Shown here one piece after another: positions 35,167-45,138 of a DNA stretch of 64,000 nucleotides (positions are counted from its first letter, which is position 1; every line of letters starts with the position of its first letter). The position numbers and the translations under genes are program-made. Under the pieces are notes generated by a model, which was given only the letters and a program-made list of their open reading frames with translations, searched no databases and was not told the DNA's origin. The stretch comes from an uncultured virus (IMG/VR IMGVR_UViG_3300023202_000249) (Duplodnaviria > Heunggongvirae > Uroviricota > Caudoviricetes), in IMG/VR virus record IMGVR_UViG_3300023202_000249. One strand, given 5' to 3'.

Positions 35167-36741
35167 CTATCTCCCTTTTATGGTGGATGAAATCAACTGA
35201 CTAGCGTACTCGAATGTAAACTCGTTTGCGTCCTCATGGCCTTGGCGCGAAAGAAATCGGACCTGTGCCGGCGTGGCAAGTCCTGCGCGTTGCCTCGCGG
35301 TCAATTTAGATATCACTTTGGAGGCATGACCACGGCCCTTGATCGTATCCGTATCGATCTTGAATTTAGAGAGCAGCTTAAGTTGACCATCGGTGGCCTC
35401 CTTCCGCTCCCATTTAAAGACGGGCTCGTACTCAGCCAAGGAGGGACCACCGATGGACAGAAGGTACTCCATTGCATCGATGGATTTTCGCTTGCGGTTC
35501 TTGTTGGCAAGGATCTGCTCGCGCAATTTTCGCTCGCGTTCGGTAGCCGCTTGAGATTGCGCTTCAATCAAATCGACAGTGCCCTTCCTTCCGCCTCGTG
35601 GCTGTTTTTTAAGAACTTCGGTAATGCGCTTAACCTCCTCTTCGTTGTCGGAGACCAAATGCGCAGGACGAATCAAGTCCAAGTCTTCATGCAGATATAG
35701 CGGGTCGAGCAGAAGGCAGTCCTGCTTACCCGTACAGATACGATTGCCGCGCCCCACCATTTGCGCGTAAAGCGTGTAGGATCGGACTAGGCGCAAAATG
35801 AATACGCAATCGACCGATGGGCAATCCCATCCCTCGGTTAGCAACATCGAGTTGCACAGGACTTGATAGAATCCCTTCTGAAACTTATCTAGTATTCCTT
35901 CCCGGTCAGGATGCAGCCCATGAACGCACTTGGCTATTAACCCTTGACGCCGACAAGCCTTCGCGAACTTCTCGGCCGTCTCGACCAGTGGCAAGAAGGC
36001 AATGGTCTTGCGACCCGGTGCTTCTTCGGCAAGCGCCTTGGCGGCCGCATCCAAATGTGGGGTGAGTTCGTCGTGGAATTTCTCGTCAAGTTCTCCATCA
36101 GAGTCTTTATTTGAGAACGTAGACAGATCGATATCCAAAGGAATGCTTTTTATATTGATCGGCGATAGATATCCCTGCCGAATAAGCTTCGGCATCGTCT
36201 CTTCAAATGCCGTTGTCTCATAGTATCGGCCAAGATTCTTCTTATCACCACGGTGCGGCGTCGCGGTCAGGCCGAGTACTTTGGCGTTATGGAAGTGTTT
36301 AAGGATGTGCTGGTAAGAGGCGCCCAACGTACGATGCGCTTCATCGACGATGACAAGGCCGAAGTGGTCGGGGGCAAACTTTCCGCAGCGCTCGCGCATG
36401 GATTGCATGCTAGAGACCACGACGCGGGCATCAAGATCGGCGTGTTGTTCGGCCTTCTCGAATTGTGCGGTGATGCCGATGGCGGCGTAAAGCTTGTCGG
36501 CAGCCTGCTGGCAAAGCTCGTTGGTATGTGCCAGAAACAGTACTGAATCGCCCTGTTCTAGAAAGTGCTTGATGATGTAGGCACCCACGACCGTTTTACC
36601 AGAACCCGCAGGCAAGATTCCGAGCGCACGGCTGAATTCCCTGAAGGTTTCAATAGCACCAGAGACCGAGGACTCTTGATAGGGCCGAAGGGTAAAGTTA
36701 TCTTCGGGCGCCCTGTCTTCGCTTTCGAAGAGAGTGGGCAT
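35167..36741 (-). CDS. SF2 DEAH-box helicase
   Basis: LRPYQ, PAGSGKT, DEAH, GLTATP, LTEGWD, QMVGRGNR; GGAGG RBS before MPTLF. Confidence 0.95.
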   Translation of the reverse strand: MPTLFESEDRAPEDNFTLRPYQESSVSGAIETFREFSRALGILPAGSGKTVVGAYIIKHFLEQGDSVLFLAHTNELCQQAADKLYAAIGITAQFEKAEQHADLDARVVVSSMQSMRERCGKFAPDHFGLVIVDEAHRTLGASYQHILKHFHNAKVLGLTATPHRGDKKNLGRYYETTAFEETMPKLIRQGYLSPINIKSIPLDIDLSTFSNKDSDGELDEKFHDELTPHLDAAAKALAEEAPGRKTIAFLPLVETAEKFAKACRRQGLIAKCVHGLHPDREGILDKFQKGFYQVLCNSMLLTEGWDCPSVDCVFILRLVRSYTLYAQMVGRGNRICTGKQDCLLLDPLYLHEDLDLIRPAHLVSDNEEEVKRITEVLKKQPRGGRKGTVDLIEAQSQAATERERKLREQILANKNRKRKSIDAMEYLLSIGGPSLAEYEPVFKWERKEATDGQLKLLSKFKIDTDTIKGRGHASKVISKLTARQRAGLATPAQVRFLSRQGHEDANEFTFEYASQLISSTIKGR

Positions 36742-36880
36742 GACACCTCCAAGGTAAGCAACCGGGGCGCTGTACAGGTGTCGGCAGGAAACCCGCGCTG
36801 AAGAGGAGGAACAGCGACGCCCCGGTTGCATATTCAATTGTGTAAATCTGAAGATTGCCGATCTTCGTACAGCCTACTGT

Positions 36881-36958
36881 TGGTAGCGGGAACAGGATTC
36901 GAATCTGCAACCTCTGGGTTTAGCAGCCCAGCGCGCTGCCATATTGCGCCACCCCGCG
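36881..36958 (-). tRNA. Initiator-like tRNA body with an 8-nt anticodon loop CUGCUAAA (atypical or pseudo-tRNA)
   Basis: CGCGGGG/UCCCGCU acceptor with C1:U72 mismatch; GCGC D stem; CUGGG/CCCAG anticodon stem; UUCGAAU T loop closed by an A:C mismatch; encoded ACCA. Confidence 0.85.
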
Positions 36959-37003
36959 AGCGTTCAAATCAGGAATTTACCTAGCTTTCACACTTATGCA
37001 AGC

Positions 37004-37792
37004 CTAATCTTCTTTTTTTGCGAAGAGTATATCGCGGACCAACGAGTCCTTGTCGGTCCAGTAGCCCATATGGATGAGCAGCCGGCGGTTGAAGAGCTCG
37101 GCACTGTAGTTTCTCCGTATGCCATAGTGTATATACGTGAATCGGTGGTCTTTCCCCAAGTACCACGGCTCCTGATCTCGCCTTGCCTTCCGGACAGACC
37201 GCCTCACCGTCAGTAGGTCAGGCCACAATACATTCTCCCGAGAGCCATATGCCGATACGATATCGCAACAGTTCATCGTATTGATTTTCAATATGTCGGG
37301 ATTCCACATGCTAAGTTGGTAATAAAACTTGCCTTGTTTGAGGCCGTCGACGATCAACGGGTCTTCTGTTTCAATCAAAATACGCACGAAGTGTAGCAAC
37401 GCCAAGACAGCCGGCACATCGTCATAGGTGTCGCGGCGCTCGGGCGTCTTCCTGCGTCGCTTGATTGAGACCTCGGCGTCCTCTAGTGCCTGATAGGCAT
37501 CGTTGTACAAGTCAACGATGTACTTGCGCGCACCGCTCAGTGCGTTATCACGACGCTTGTAAAGCTTAAGCACCGCCTCGATCGAGTACCCGGCCTCACA
37601 CATGTGAAAGATGAAGGCTCGATCAAGGTCTTCTTTATTTGGCTCCCATATATTTATGGCTTTTCCAGCTTCAATTAGTTCTTTGACTGACATACCATCG
37701 ATGCCCTTAGCGGCGAAGTGTTTAAGGACGCGTTTGCCGTAGGGCAACGGTAGATGCCCTACCGGTGGAACGTGATGCAGGTCATTCTTCAT
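37004..37792 (-). CDS. hypothetical protein
   Basis: 262-aa ORF, divergent from the HTH gene. Confidence 0.7.
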   Translation of the reverse strand: MKNDLHHVPPVGHLPLPYGKRVLKHFAAKGIDGMSVKELIEAGKAINIWEPNKEDLDRAFIFHMCEAGYSIEAVLKLYKRRDNALSGARKYIVDLYNDAYQALEDAEVSIKRRRKTPERRDTYDDVPAVLALLHFVRILIETEDPLIVDGLKQGKFYYQLSMWNPDILKINTMNCCDIVSAYGSRENVLWPDLLTVRRSVRKARRDQEPWYLGKDHRFTYIHYGIRRNYSAELFNRRLLIHMGYWTDKDSLVRDILFAKKED

Positions 37793-37902
37793 TCATTCAG
37801 ACAATCCGAAGCTTCTCCAGTTTTTCTTTCTAGACAGACATCCGGTCGTGCAGTAAAACATCGCAGGCTGTAGCTTAGACCTTTTCGCGAAATAGTCAAT
37901 AT

Positions 37903-38181
37903 ATGCCGACATCAAAAAGATCACATCCAGGACTGGAACTCTGCGCCCAATTGAAGGCACTCGAGATCAGCCAGTGCGCATTGGCGACAAACTGCAAGAT
38001 CAGCCAAAGTACCCTCACCGACATCTGCAAGGGGAGGCGCCGCATCACGGTCAACATGAGCGTGAAGATTGGCAAGTCCCTTAACCAGGCGCCCGACAAT
38101 TGGGCGCTTAAGCAACTCGCCTACGATGTCCGTCAGGCGGGACGCAAGTACAGGCACCTTAAGCCCATCGTGGAAGGATGA
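37903..38181 (+). CDS. HigA-like HTH regulator
   Basis: HPGLEL...SQCALA...ISQSTLTDICKGRRRIT...W..Q..YD. Confidence 0.85.
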   Translation: MPTSKRSHPGLELCAQLKALEISQCALATNCKISQSTLTDICKGRRRITVNMSVKIGKSLNQAPDNWALKQLAYDVRQAGRKYRHLKPIVEG

Positions 38182-40052
38182 CGACAACAATGGCCGAAGC
38201 CAAAACCATCTCGCTCCCGCAGCCGAAAACGCCCGACGACTCCGCTCAGGTCAAAGAGACACGAGAGGTCACTTACAAGCGGCCGGTTACACCGGGCGAC
38301 GCGAAGAAAGAGCCGGGCGCGACAAAAAACAACGTGGAGCGCATCGCATGGCTGAATGGACACTGCAACGACGTCGACAAGAGTAACTGGTACCTGACTG
38401 TTCGGCGCAAGTTGCCGACGATGTGGAAGAACAAAGTCCTAAACACGCGCAGCGATCTGATCAAGATCAATAGCCTATGCTCCTACCGAGAGGTATATGA
38501 AGAAATCGAAGATAAGCTTGGCGGCGGATCATACCGCATCATCGTTTTCAGCAGTCAAGGCGCCGAAGAGAGCTCGATCGATCTTTCGATCGACACCGAA
38601 GACGTGCCGCCCAATATTAAACACAAAAAAAACATCATCGTGGATGACGAGGATGCGCCCAGCAACGGCAGATATGGCTCGGCAGCAGCGCTTCCCTTCC
38701 CCGGTGGATCGAGGGAGCTCCTGGAACTGCGAGAGAAGAAAGAGAAGCTCAAGCATCAACGGGAGATCGACGAAGAGGAGGCTAAGTTCGAAGATGCTCA
38801 GCAACGTCGAGAGGAGGAGAAGCGGCGCCGAGAGAAGGAACGTAAAGAGGCCGAGGAGCGCGAACGCAAGGAAAGGGAGCGTTCTAGCATGCAGCCCATC
38901 GAGCAGCTTCGATACGAGATGAAGGACATGATGAATTCCTTCGCATCGATGATGAAAGATACGATGCAGGCGATGGCGAATAACCAACCCAAAGAGGACG
39001 GTACGAAGGAAATTTTGCTCACCCTCCTCAAGAAGGAGCAGGATTCCGCCGAAGAGTCAGCGAAGGCGGCTGCGGAAAAAGCCAAAGCCGAAGCGGAAGC
39101 CCGAAAGTACGAGGCCGACAAAAACGCCGAAGTCCGCCTCCAGGAGGCGAAGATTAAGGCGGATGCCGATGCCAAGATTTCCTCGGCGAAGGCAGAGGCA
39201 GACCGAGAGCGCGAAGCCGAGCGCAAGCAAACCAATGAGATGTTCCTGAAGATGGTCCAAGCCGGCGAGAAGAACTCGGATCGACTGATGAATGAATTCT
39301 TCACCAAGATGATGGACAAGCGCTTCGGCGATCCCATGGAAGACTTCATGAAGTTCCAGCAGTTCGTGGATACCGTGCGCGGTACCGGCGGCGACGAAGA
39401 AGGCGGCGGAGGCAGCAGCATGTGGACGACGCTGGGTCAGTCGCTCGCGCAAGGACTAGCCGGGCGCCTGCTCAATCCTCCTACCCAGCAACTGCCAGCC
39501 CTTGGCAATCCGCAGCAACAAGCACCACCGCAGCAATTGCCACCGCCTCAGCAGGTGCCTTCCTTGGATGTATCTATCCCTGGCCAACCAGCGCCGCCGC
39601 AAGCACCGCAGCAGAATCCGCAAGCGCCGCAGCCAAATGCGCAGCCACAAGCCCAATCCGCTCAGAGCCAACAGCAGGCGCCGCAGCAGAGCAATCAGAT
39701 CAACCTGCCGCAGCTGGCCCCGGACTCCGAACAACGCTTAAGGGCGTCGCTCACGGAGTTGATGGAGATGGCGGTCCAGGACGCCAAGGATGGTTTGGTT
39801 AATCCGCGGTGGACCGGTATCGCGGCCGGCGAGCTGAACAATAAGTTCATGGACGCGATGCAGGCGCTCGGAAAGGGTACCGACAGTCACTACAAGAGGC
39901 TCCAGTTGGTCAATCATTACTGTCGGCAGGACGTCATGAGTAGTCTCGTTGACATTCTGCGTAATCCGGAGAACGCGAAGACTGCATATGTGCCGTTCAT
40001 GAACGCTTGGGATGTGGCAATCGACATGCACAGGGATCGCACCAATGGCTGA
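38178..40052 (+). CDS. Large coiled-coil, Gln/Pro-rich protein
   Basis: 624-aa ORF with E/K/R heptad stretches and a QP-rich linker. Confidence 0.85.
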   Translation: MTTTMAEAKTISLPQPKTPDDSAQVKETREVTYKRPVTPGDAKKEPGATKNNVERIAWLNGHCNDVDKSNWYLTVRRKLPTMWKNKVLNTRSDLIKINSLCSYREVYEEIEDKLGGGSYRIIVFSSQGAEESSIDLSIDTEDVPPNIKHKKNIIVDDEDAPSNGRYGSAAALPFPGGSRELLELREKKEKLKHQREIDEEEAKFEDAQQRREEEKRRREKERKEAEERERKERERSSMQPIEQLRYEMKDMMNSFASMMKDTMQAMANNQPKEDGTKEILLTLLKKEQDSAEESAKAAAEKAKAEAEARKYEADKNAEVRLQEAKIKADADAKISSAKAEADREREAERKQTNEMFLKMVQAGEKNSDRLMNEFFTKMMDKRFGDPMEDFMKFQQFVDTVRGTGGDEEGGGGSSMWTTLGQSLAQGLAGRLLNPPTQQLPALGNPQQQAPPQQLPPPQQVPSLDVSIPGQPAPPQAPQQNPQAPQPNAQPQAQSAQSQQQAPQQSNQINLPQLAPDSEQRLRASLTELMEMAVQDAKDGLVNPRWTGIAAGELNNKFMDAMQALGKGTDSHYKRLQLVNHYCRQDVMSSLVDILRNPENAKTAYVPFMNAWDVAIDMHRDRTNG

Positions 40053-40473
40053 TAAGAAGAAGCGGAAGGATTTTGAAGACGTCGAGTTTGTTGACGTTGA
40101 GACGAGCGGAAACTCCGGAGGAAAGAGTCGCGACAAAGAGATTGACGACTTCGTGGAGCGACTGGCCGAAAAGATAGGCACCTCGCCGAGGACGGTGGCC
40201 CTTCTTAAGGAGGGGGTCAATCAAATCTCGGCGATCGTGGCCAAACAAACCACTTCCGCGGTCTTGCGGTATCTCTATACCGTTCCAATGCGGGTCGATA
40301 ACGTTGAGAACCCTCAAGGCAAGACCGAAGCCGAGGTCTTCACGCTCCCCGAGATGCTGGTTGCGATCAAATACCAAGGCGAGCACATCATCGATGTGAA
40401 TGCTGATTTGATGGAGCGCCTTGACGATTTCATGGACGACATCGAAGAAACCGATGACGATGACGAAGATTAG
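40045..40473 (+). CDS. acidic hypothetical protein
   Basis: Overlaps the previous stop; MADKKKRK start. Confidence 0.7.
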   Translation: MADKKKRKDFEDVEFVDVETSGNSGGKSRDKEIDDFVERLAEKIGTSPRTVALLKEGVNQISAIVAKQTTSAVLRYLYTVPMRVDNVENPQGKTEAEVFTLPEMLVAIKYQGEHIIDVNADLMERLDDFMDDIEETDDDDED

Positions 40474-40735
40474 AAGGCGCAACCGATCAGCAGCATGTCA
40501 CACCAAAGATGGAAAAGTTTTTTGCCCCGATTGCAAAAAATTTTTATTCCGTATCGAAGCTCTCATTCTTCCGCAAGGCGGATTCGGTATTCTCGTGGAC
40601 TTGAATTGCTCTAAGTGCCATACAGCACAAGAGGTTATGATCATAAATGGGAAGACGCCAGAGAAGCAGAGACAGCTTTTAGAAAAGATACGCAAAAGCG
40701 GAAATTCGTACAATGCGAGGATAGTAGCCGGCTAG
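40421..40735 (+). CDS. Zn-ribbon protein
   Basis: CPDC...CSKC. Confidence 0.6.
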   Translation: MTISWTTSKKPMTMTKIRRRNRSAACHTKDGKVFCPDCKKFLFRIEALILPQGGFGILVDLNCSKCHTAQEVMIINGKTPEKQRQLLEKIRKSGNSYNARIVAG

Positions 40736-40881
40736 AAAAGTGTTGACAACAAGGGCAGCGCCCCGTATTCCTGACTGCCGACATATGAATACCTGCTGGG
40801 CAAATTGAAGGCCCAATTAAAACCCGATCGCGTCCTGCGACGGTCCATTGCTACAACAAAAAACCAAGAGTACGTCGATGC

Positions 40882-42300
40882 ATGCTGTTCACTGGACAGC
40901 TCAATCCGATTGCAGCCGGCCTCCCGAAGTCGCACCAGCGCAAGTCGATTCCTTCGGGCAACGCCGGCACCGCTCAAACGATCGCGGGCATGCAAATGCT
41001 TGTCGGCAAGGGCAAGCGCGATCAGCGCGTGCGGCAACTGGCCATCAGACTAGCCAGTCAATGCAAAAAGAAGGACTACGCCTGCTACGCGCAAAAATGC
41101 TACGAATTTTGCCGCGACAAAATTCAGTACGTCTACGATCCGGTCAATGTGGAATACGTCGAGCATCCGCGCAAGCTTCTGGAAGCGGGCGGCGGGGACT
41201 GCGACAGCGTCTGCGTGCTGCTGGCTTCGATGCTCGAAGGTATTGGACTGCCCTGCCGGTACATTACCATCAAAGCCGATCCAAGCAAACCCAACGAGTT
41301 CTCACACGTCTATCTTCAAGTCGGTCTGCCGCGCAAAGGTGGGGGGGTGCGCGATTGGAAGGGCATGGACGTTACGATGGAACCTCGCGTTCCTTTCGGC
41401 TGGGAACCGCCAAAGCGGTTTCCGCGCAAGGCGTGGCCTGCATCAACCGATCCGATGCAGGAAGAGGGGGATGCTAGCGTAATGGGATTAGCCGAAGGCC
41501 CCATTCCAGGCGTCGTTGACCTTGACCGTAACGTCCAAGGTCCATCCGCCGATTACCGCCAGATCGATTATGCCGGTGGGCAGCCCAGCGGCCAGACGCC
41601 GGGCATGGGCGACCTCGCACTGGTAGACGACACGTCGATCGGCATACCCGATCAAGGTACGATTTCCACCATCTACAGCGTCGCCGATGGCTCCATGTAC
41701 GGCGACCTTGTAGAGGCGCAGCGCAACTACGAAAAGATGCGCAAAGAACTGGCACAACGCCGCATCGACATCGCAAAAATGCCGAAAGGCCCCAAACGCG
41801 TCGAAGCTGAAGGGCTTTGGCAGCAGGCCAACGACTCGCTCCAACAGATGCTTCGCAAGCTGAACGAAGCATTGGAGAAATACAATTCCGTGGCGCAGGC
41901 TGTAAACATCGCCACGGCAAGCACCGTCAATCCGCAGCGGTTTCGCAATCTGCCATATACGGGACTGGGCGCCATACAGGCGTTGCCCGTGGCCGCCATT
42001 ATCGCCGCAGCCGGACTTGCCGCGCTGGGGCTTTCGGCACTGGTCGATTCATTGCGCGGCAACTCGGCATCCTCGCGCGGATACCTGGACCAGCTTGCCA
42101 ATGTGATTCGCTCCAGCGGCGTAGCCATCGATAAATCAACGGATTTTGTGCGCACGGCGATGTGGGCGGCTCTTGCAGCCGGAGCTGCCTACATCGCATA
42201 TGACGTCTTCAAAGGCCCGCGTCGTCGCGCCACCGCGCTCGCGCGCAGCCAGCCCAAGACTTCCGCGATCAAAACAGCCAAAGGAAGGGTTCTCGCGTGA
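40882..42300 (+). CDS. Transglutaminase-like cysteine protease with a C-terminal membrane region
   Basis: GDCDS (Cys), FSHVY (His) and MDVT (Asp) triad; two C-terminal hydrophobic helices. Confidence 0.85.
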   Translation: MLFTGQLNPIAAGLPKSHQRKSIPSGNAGTAQTIAGMQMLVGKGKRDQRVRQLAIRLASQCKKKDYACYAQKCYEFCRDKIQYVYDPVNVEYVEHPRKLLEAGGGDCDSVCVLLASMLEGIGLPCRYITIKADPSKPNEFSHVYLQVGLPRKGGGVRDWKGMDVTMEPRVPFGWEPPKRFPRKAWPASTDPMQEEGDASVMGLAEGPIPGVVDLDRNVQGPSADYRQIDYAGGQPSGQTPGMGDLALVDDTSIGIPDQGTISTIYSVADGSMYGDLVEAQRNYEKMRKELAQRRIDIAKMPKGPKRVEAEGLWQQANDSLQQMLRKLNEALEKYNSVAQAVNIATASTVNPQRFRNLPYTGLGAIQALPVAAIIAAAGLAALGLSALVDSLRGNSASSRGYLDQLANVIRSSGVAIDKSTDFVRTAMWAALAAGAAYIAYDVFKGPRRRATALARSQPKTSAIKTAKGRVLA

Positions 42301-42893
42301 TGCACGAATACGAGGCCACTCCAGAAAGCCTTGTCGGACCGCGGCTCTTGCCGCAACGAAATCCGCTTTGTACATGCCCTATCCACGGGCATGCAATGAA
42401 TGGGGGATACCGTACTGTGCGCAATCCCGAACTCATGATCGTCCACAACCCTTACGGAAGAAAGGGGAAACCCATGGCACGAAAGAAACGGCGAACCACG
42501 CGCGGCAGACGCCGCAGCACCTATAAGCTTCGGGCGAAAATCGGGAAGAAGCACTACACCCATCCCGAATTCATTAAGCGCAAGGTTGCCGCCTACAAAC
42601 GGCGTCACAAGCGCACGCGGGGGAAAGCCGCGTTGCGCTGGGCGCGAAACCAGTGGAAGCGGTCCGTTAAGATACTCGGTAAGGGTAAAAAAGGTCGCCC
42701 ACACTGCTACCCCTCGCGCCGCACGAAGCGTATCCGTTACGCCAATCCGCGCCGGCGCCGCCGGACGCGTCGATCCAGTTGGCAGAGCCTGGTCAAGAAA
42801 CACGGCGTTCAAAAAGCCGCGCGAATCTATCGCGGACGCAAGCAAGGCGGCCGGAAGGGGGGGCGCCGGCGAAGGCGTTCGTTTCGCTACTAA
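42297..42893 (+). CDS. Arg/Lys-rich NP-motif protein, putative genome-condensing protein
   Basis: Poly-Arg blocks; RNP, HNP and ANP motifs. Confidence 0.75.
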   Translation: MMHEYEATPESLVGPRLLPQRNPLCTCPIHGHAMNGGYRTVRNPELMIVHNPYGRKGKPMARKKRRTTRGRRRSTYKLRAKIGKKHYTHPEFIKRKVAAYKRRHKRTRGKAALRWARNQWKRSVKILGKGKKGRPHCYPSRRTKRIRYANPRRRRRTRRSSWQSLVKKHGVQKAARIYRGRKQGGRKGGRRRRRSFRY

Positions 42894-43557
42894 AGAGTCC
42901 GCGAAAGAGCGCTACGGCAAGCTCATCCGCGAAGCAGCAGCGCTAAGGCAAGAGTTCATTGGGTACAACAGGCATCATGACGAAGATGACGATCCACCGC
43001 CGGAATACGACGAAGACTTGGAAGACTCCATGCCAGAGCCTTACAAGCAAGCTTTGTCGAATTATGCGGCGACTAAAGAAGGGCGTAAAGCGCTCGCTCG
43101 TTATCGCAAGTTTTGGGGCGTCCCGTACCCGGTCGAACTCGATGATTACGAAATCCCAGGACCAAACAAAACCGTACGCATGGTCGGTCTTGGGACTACG
43201 CCGCACGCGTACATCTCCGGCAAGCCGCAAGGCAAAGGCGGTCGCGCCCGGAGGATTAAAGGACCGTTCCTTGTCGTGGCTGATGCCAACGGTAAGCAGG
43301 TCATGCTGCTGCGCAAACGTAAGAGCAAACAAAGAAGAGGCAACCGCCGGAAAAAGAAGTTCCTTGGGTGGGTGCCTCAAACGGATTACGTGCCGAGCGC
43401 CGCGCTCGAAAAGGCAGGAACTTTTAAGCGCGGAAAATACTGGGTCCATAAGCACGACGATGAAGGCGGTACATGGCCCAAGGCTTGGCAGGACCAACAA
43501 GGCAACATCATTTACGGGCCGTCTACGCTTCGCGTAGATAAGTGGATGCGGAGATAG
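42894..43557 (+). CDS. Hypothetical basic virion-module protein (start unclear; first ATG at 43030)
   Basis: Open frame 42586-43557; protein-like after 42894. Confidence 0.7.
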
Positions 43558-43559
43558 GA

Positions 43560-44318
43560 ATGGCAACTCGGATCATGGTCGCAAATCCAGGCGGAAAACC
43601 AATTCGAAGGGGTAGTAAAATGAAACGACGCAAGCGAAGACGAAGGAAGAACCCGCTTTACCGCAACCGCAAGCGCAAGCGTCTAACACGACGCAAGTCG
43701 CGCCGCATGCCCGGGCGCAAGCGCAAGCGTCTAACACGACGCAAGTCGCGCCGCTACAACTACCGTCCGCGTCGGCGCAACTACCGCGGCGCTTCGCTGG
43801 CGCAGAATCCCGTCGCGGCGCTGACCAAAGGCTTCAAGCTCAAGAATATCGGAGATGCGGTCCCGATCGTCGGCGGCGTCATCGGAAATGGATTCCTCGC
43901 ATCCAATGTTTCCAACTTCCTGCCGAGTCAACTGCAGACGCAGCCGGTGCGGTGGGGCATCGGTCTCGCCACAGCAGGCGTGACTGGCTTACTGGTCGGT
44001 TTCCTCCCGGGCATGAAGAAGTACCAGACCAATGTCACGCTCGGCGGTCTGGCCTATGTCCTTAGCGACGTGGCCAACGCCTACCTGGCCGGTCCGCTGC
44101 AGCAGGCGCTGACCGGACTGGGTTGTCCTGGATGCATGGGCGACTACGTGACGAGCAATCAGGCCGCTCGGGCACGCCAGATTGACAACAATCTCCAAGG
44201 TATGGGCGGTATGGGAGACTACGTGACGAGCAATCAGGCCGCTCAGGCACGCCCGATTGATAACACCCTTCAAGGCATGGCAAGCTTTGACGGGATAAAC
44301 GATATGCCGGAAACCTAA
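43560..44318 (+). CDS. Arg-rich NP-motif membrane protein with MGDY repeats
   Basis: Basic N-terminus, three hydrophobic segments, duplicated MGDYVTSNQAA. Confidence 0.85.
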   Translation: MATRIMVANPGGKPIRRGSKMKRRKRRRRKNPLYRNRKRKRLTRRKSRRMPGRKRKRLTRRKSRRYNYRPRRRNYRGASLAQNPVAALTKGFKLKNIGDAVPIVGGVIGNGFLASNVSNFLPSQLQTQPVRWGIGLATAGVTGLLVGFLPGMKKYQTNVTLGGLAYVLSDVANAYLAGPLQQALTGLGCPGCMGDYVTSNQAARARQIDNNLQGMGGMGDYVTSNQAAQARPIDNTLQGMASFDGINDMPET

Positions 44319-44355
44319 GCCGGTTCCGGTTCAGCTCAAAAGAAAGGATAGGCAC

Positions 44356-45027
44356 ATGGCCAGGAAAAGACGCAAAACGCGCCGGCGCCGCCGGCGAAAC
44401 AAAGGTTGGGGCTACGCGAGCAATCCGCGTCGTCAACGTCGACGCACGCGGCGTAAATCTCGGAGTCGTAATCCGCGCCGGCGCCGCCGGAGCTACCGCT
44501 ACAACCCCAAGATCACCAAGGCGCTCACCAGCGGATTCGATCTGAGCAAGATCGGCGATGCGGGCATCTTGGTCGGTGGCGTGGCCGCCAACGCGTTCCT
44601 CACCAATCAACTCGCGGGCATGACATTCATGCCGCAGTTCCTCCGCGCCGGTGTTGGCCGGTACGTGGTCGGACTGGTAGGCGCGGGCGCGATCGGTGGC
44701 GCGGCGCGATATGTACCGGGGGTCAAGAAGTACAGCGACCTCCTGTTCACCGGCGCGCTGGCCCAGGTCGTCTCCACCGCGGTTGATCAGTTCTTCCCGC
44801 GCGTGGCGCAGATGACCGGGCTCGATAACGTGGGCGACTACGCGACCGAGACCACGATTGCACAGGCCCGCTCGATCGACAGCGGCGCCCTCAACGGAAC
44901 GGATGGCATGGGCGACTTCGCCACCGTTCCAAAGGTCATGGCCGCACCGGCCAACTCCGTGGACAACGCGATGCTGCAAGGCCTGGGCATGAGCGAGTTC
45001 ACCGGCGGCGGCGGCGACGCTTGGTAA
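44356..45027 (+). CDS. Paralog of 43560-44318
   Basis: NP..ALT.GF.L..IGDA and the GDY/GDF repeats are shared. Confidence 0.85.
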   Translation: MARKRRKTRRRRRRNKGWGYASNPRRQRRRTRRKSRSRNPRRRRRSYRYNPKITKALTSGFDLSKIGDAGILVGGVAANAFLTNQLAGMTFMPQFLRAGVGRYVVGLVGAGAIGGAARYVPGVKKYSDLLFTGALAQVVSTAVDQFFPRVAQMTGLDNVGDYATETTIAQARSIDSGALNGTDGMGDFATVPKVMAAPANSVDNAMLQGLGMSEFTGGGGDAW

Positions 45028-45138
45028 TCAGTTGTTTTGACAGCGCTCTAGCATAGGGCCGGAGCGCATTTGTTAACCCTTAAATGAGTGACACCGAGTG
45101 ACACCTATTTAGGGCGCTCTAAGAAAAGGAGAAGCGTT

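Noticed and set aside
37903..38181. HigBA toxin-antitoxin pair
   Set aside because: No adjacent RelE/HigB-like toxin; treated as a solo regulator
38178..40052. Tape-measure protein of a tailed phage
   Set aside because: No tail, portal or terminase genes nearby; composition fits a generic coiled-coil or scaffold protein
40743..40771. Late promoter with TTGACA upstream of the protease gene
   Set aside because: The -10 region (TATTCC) is a poor match, so it cannot be supported from sequence alone
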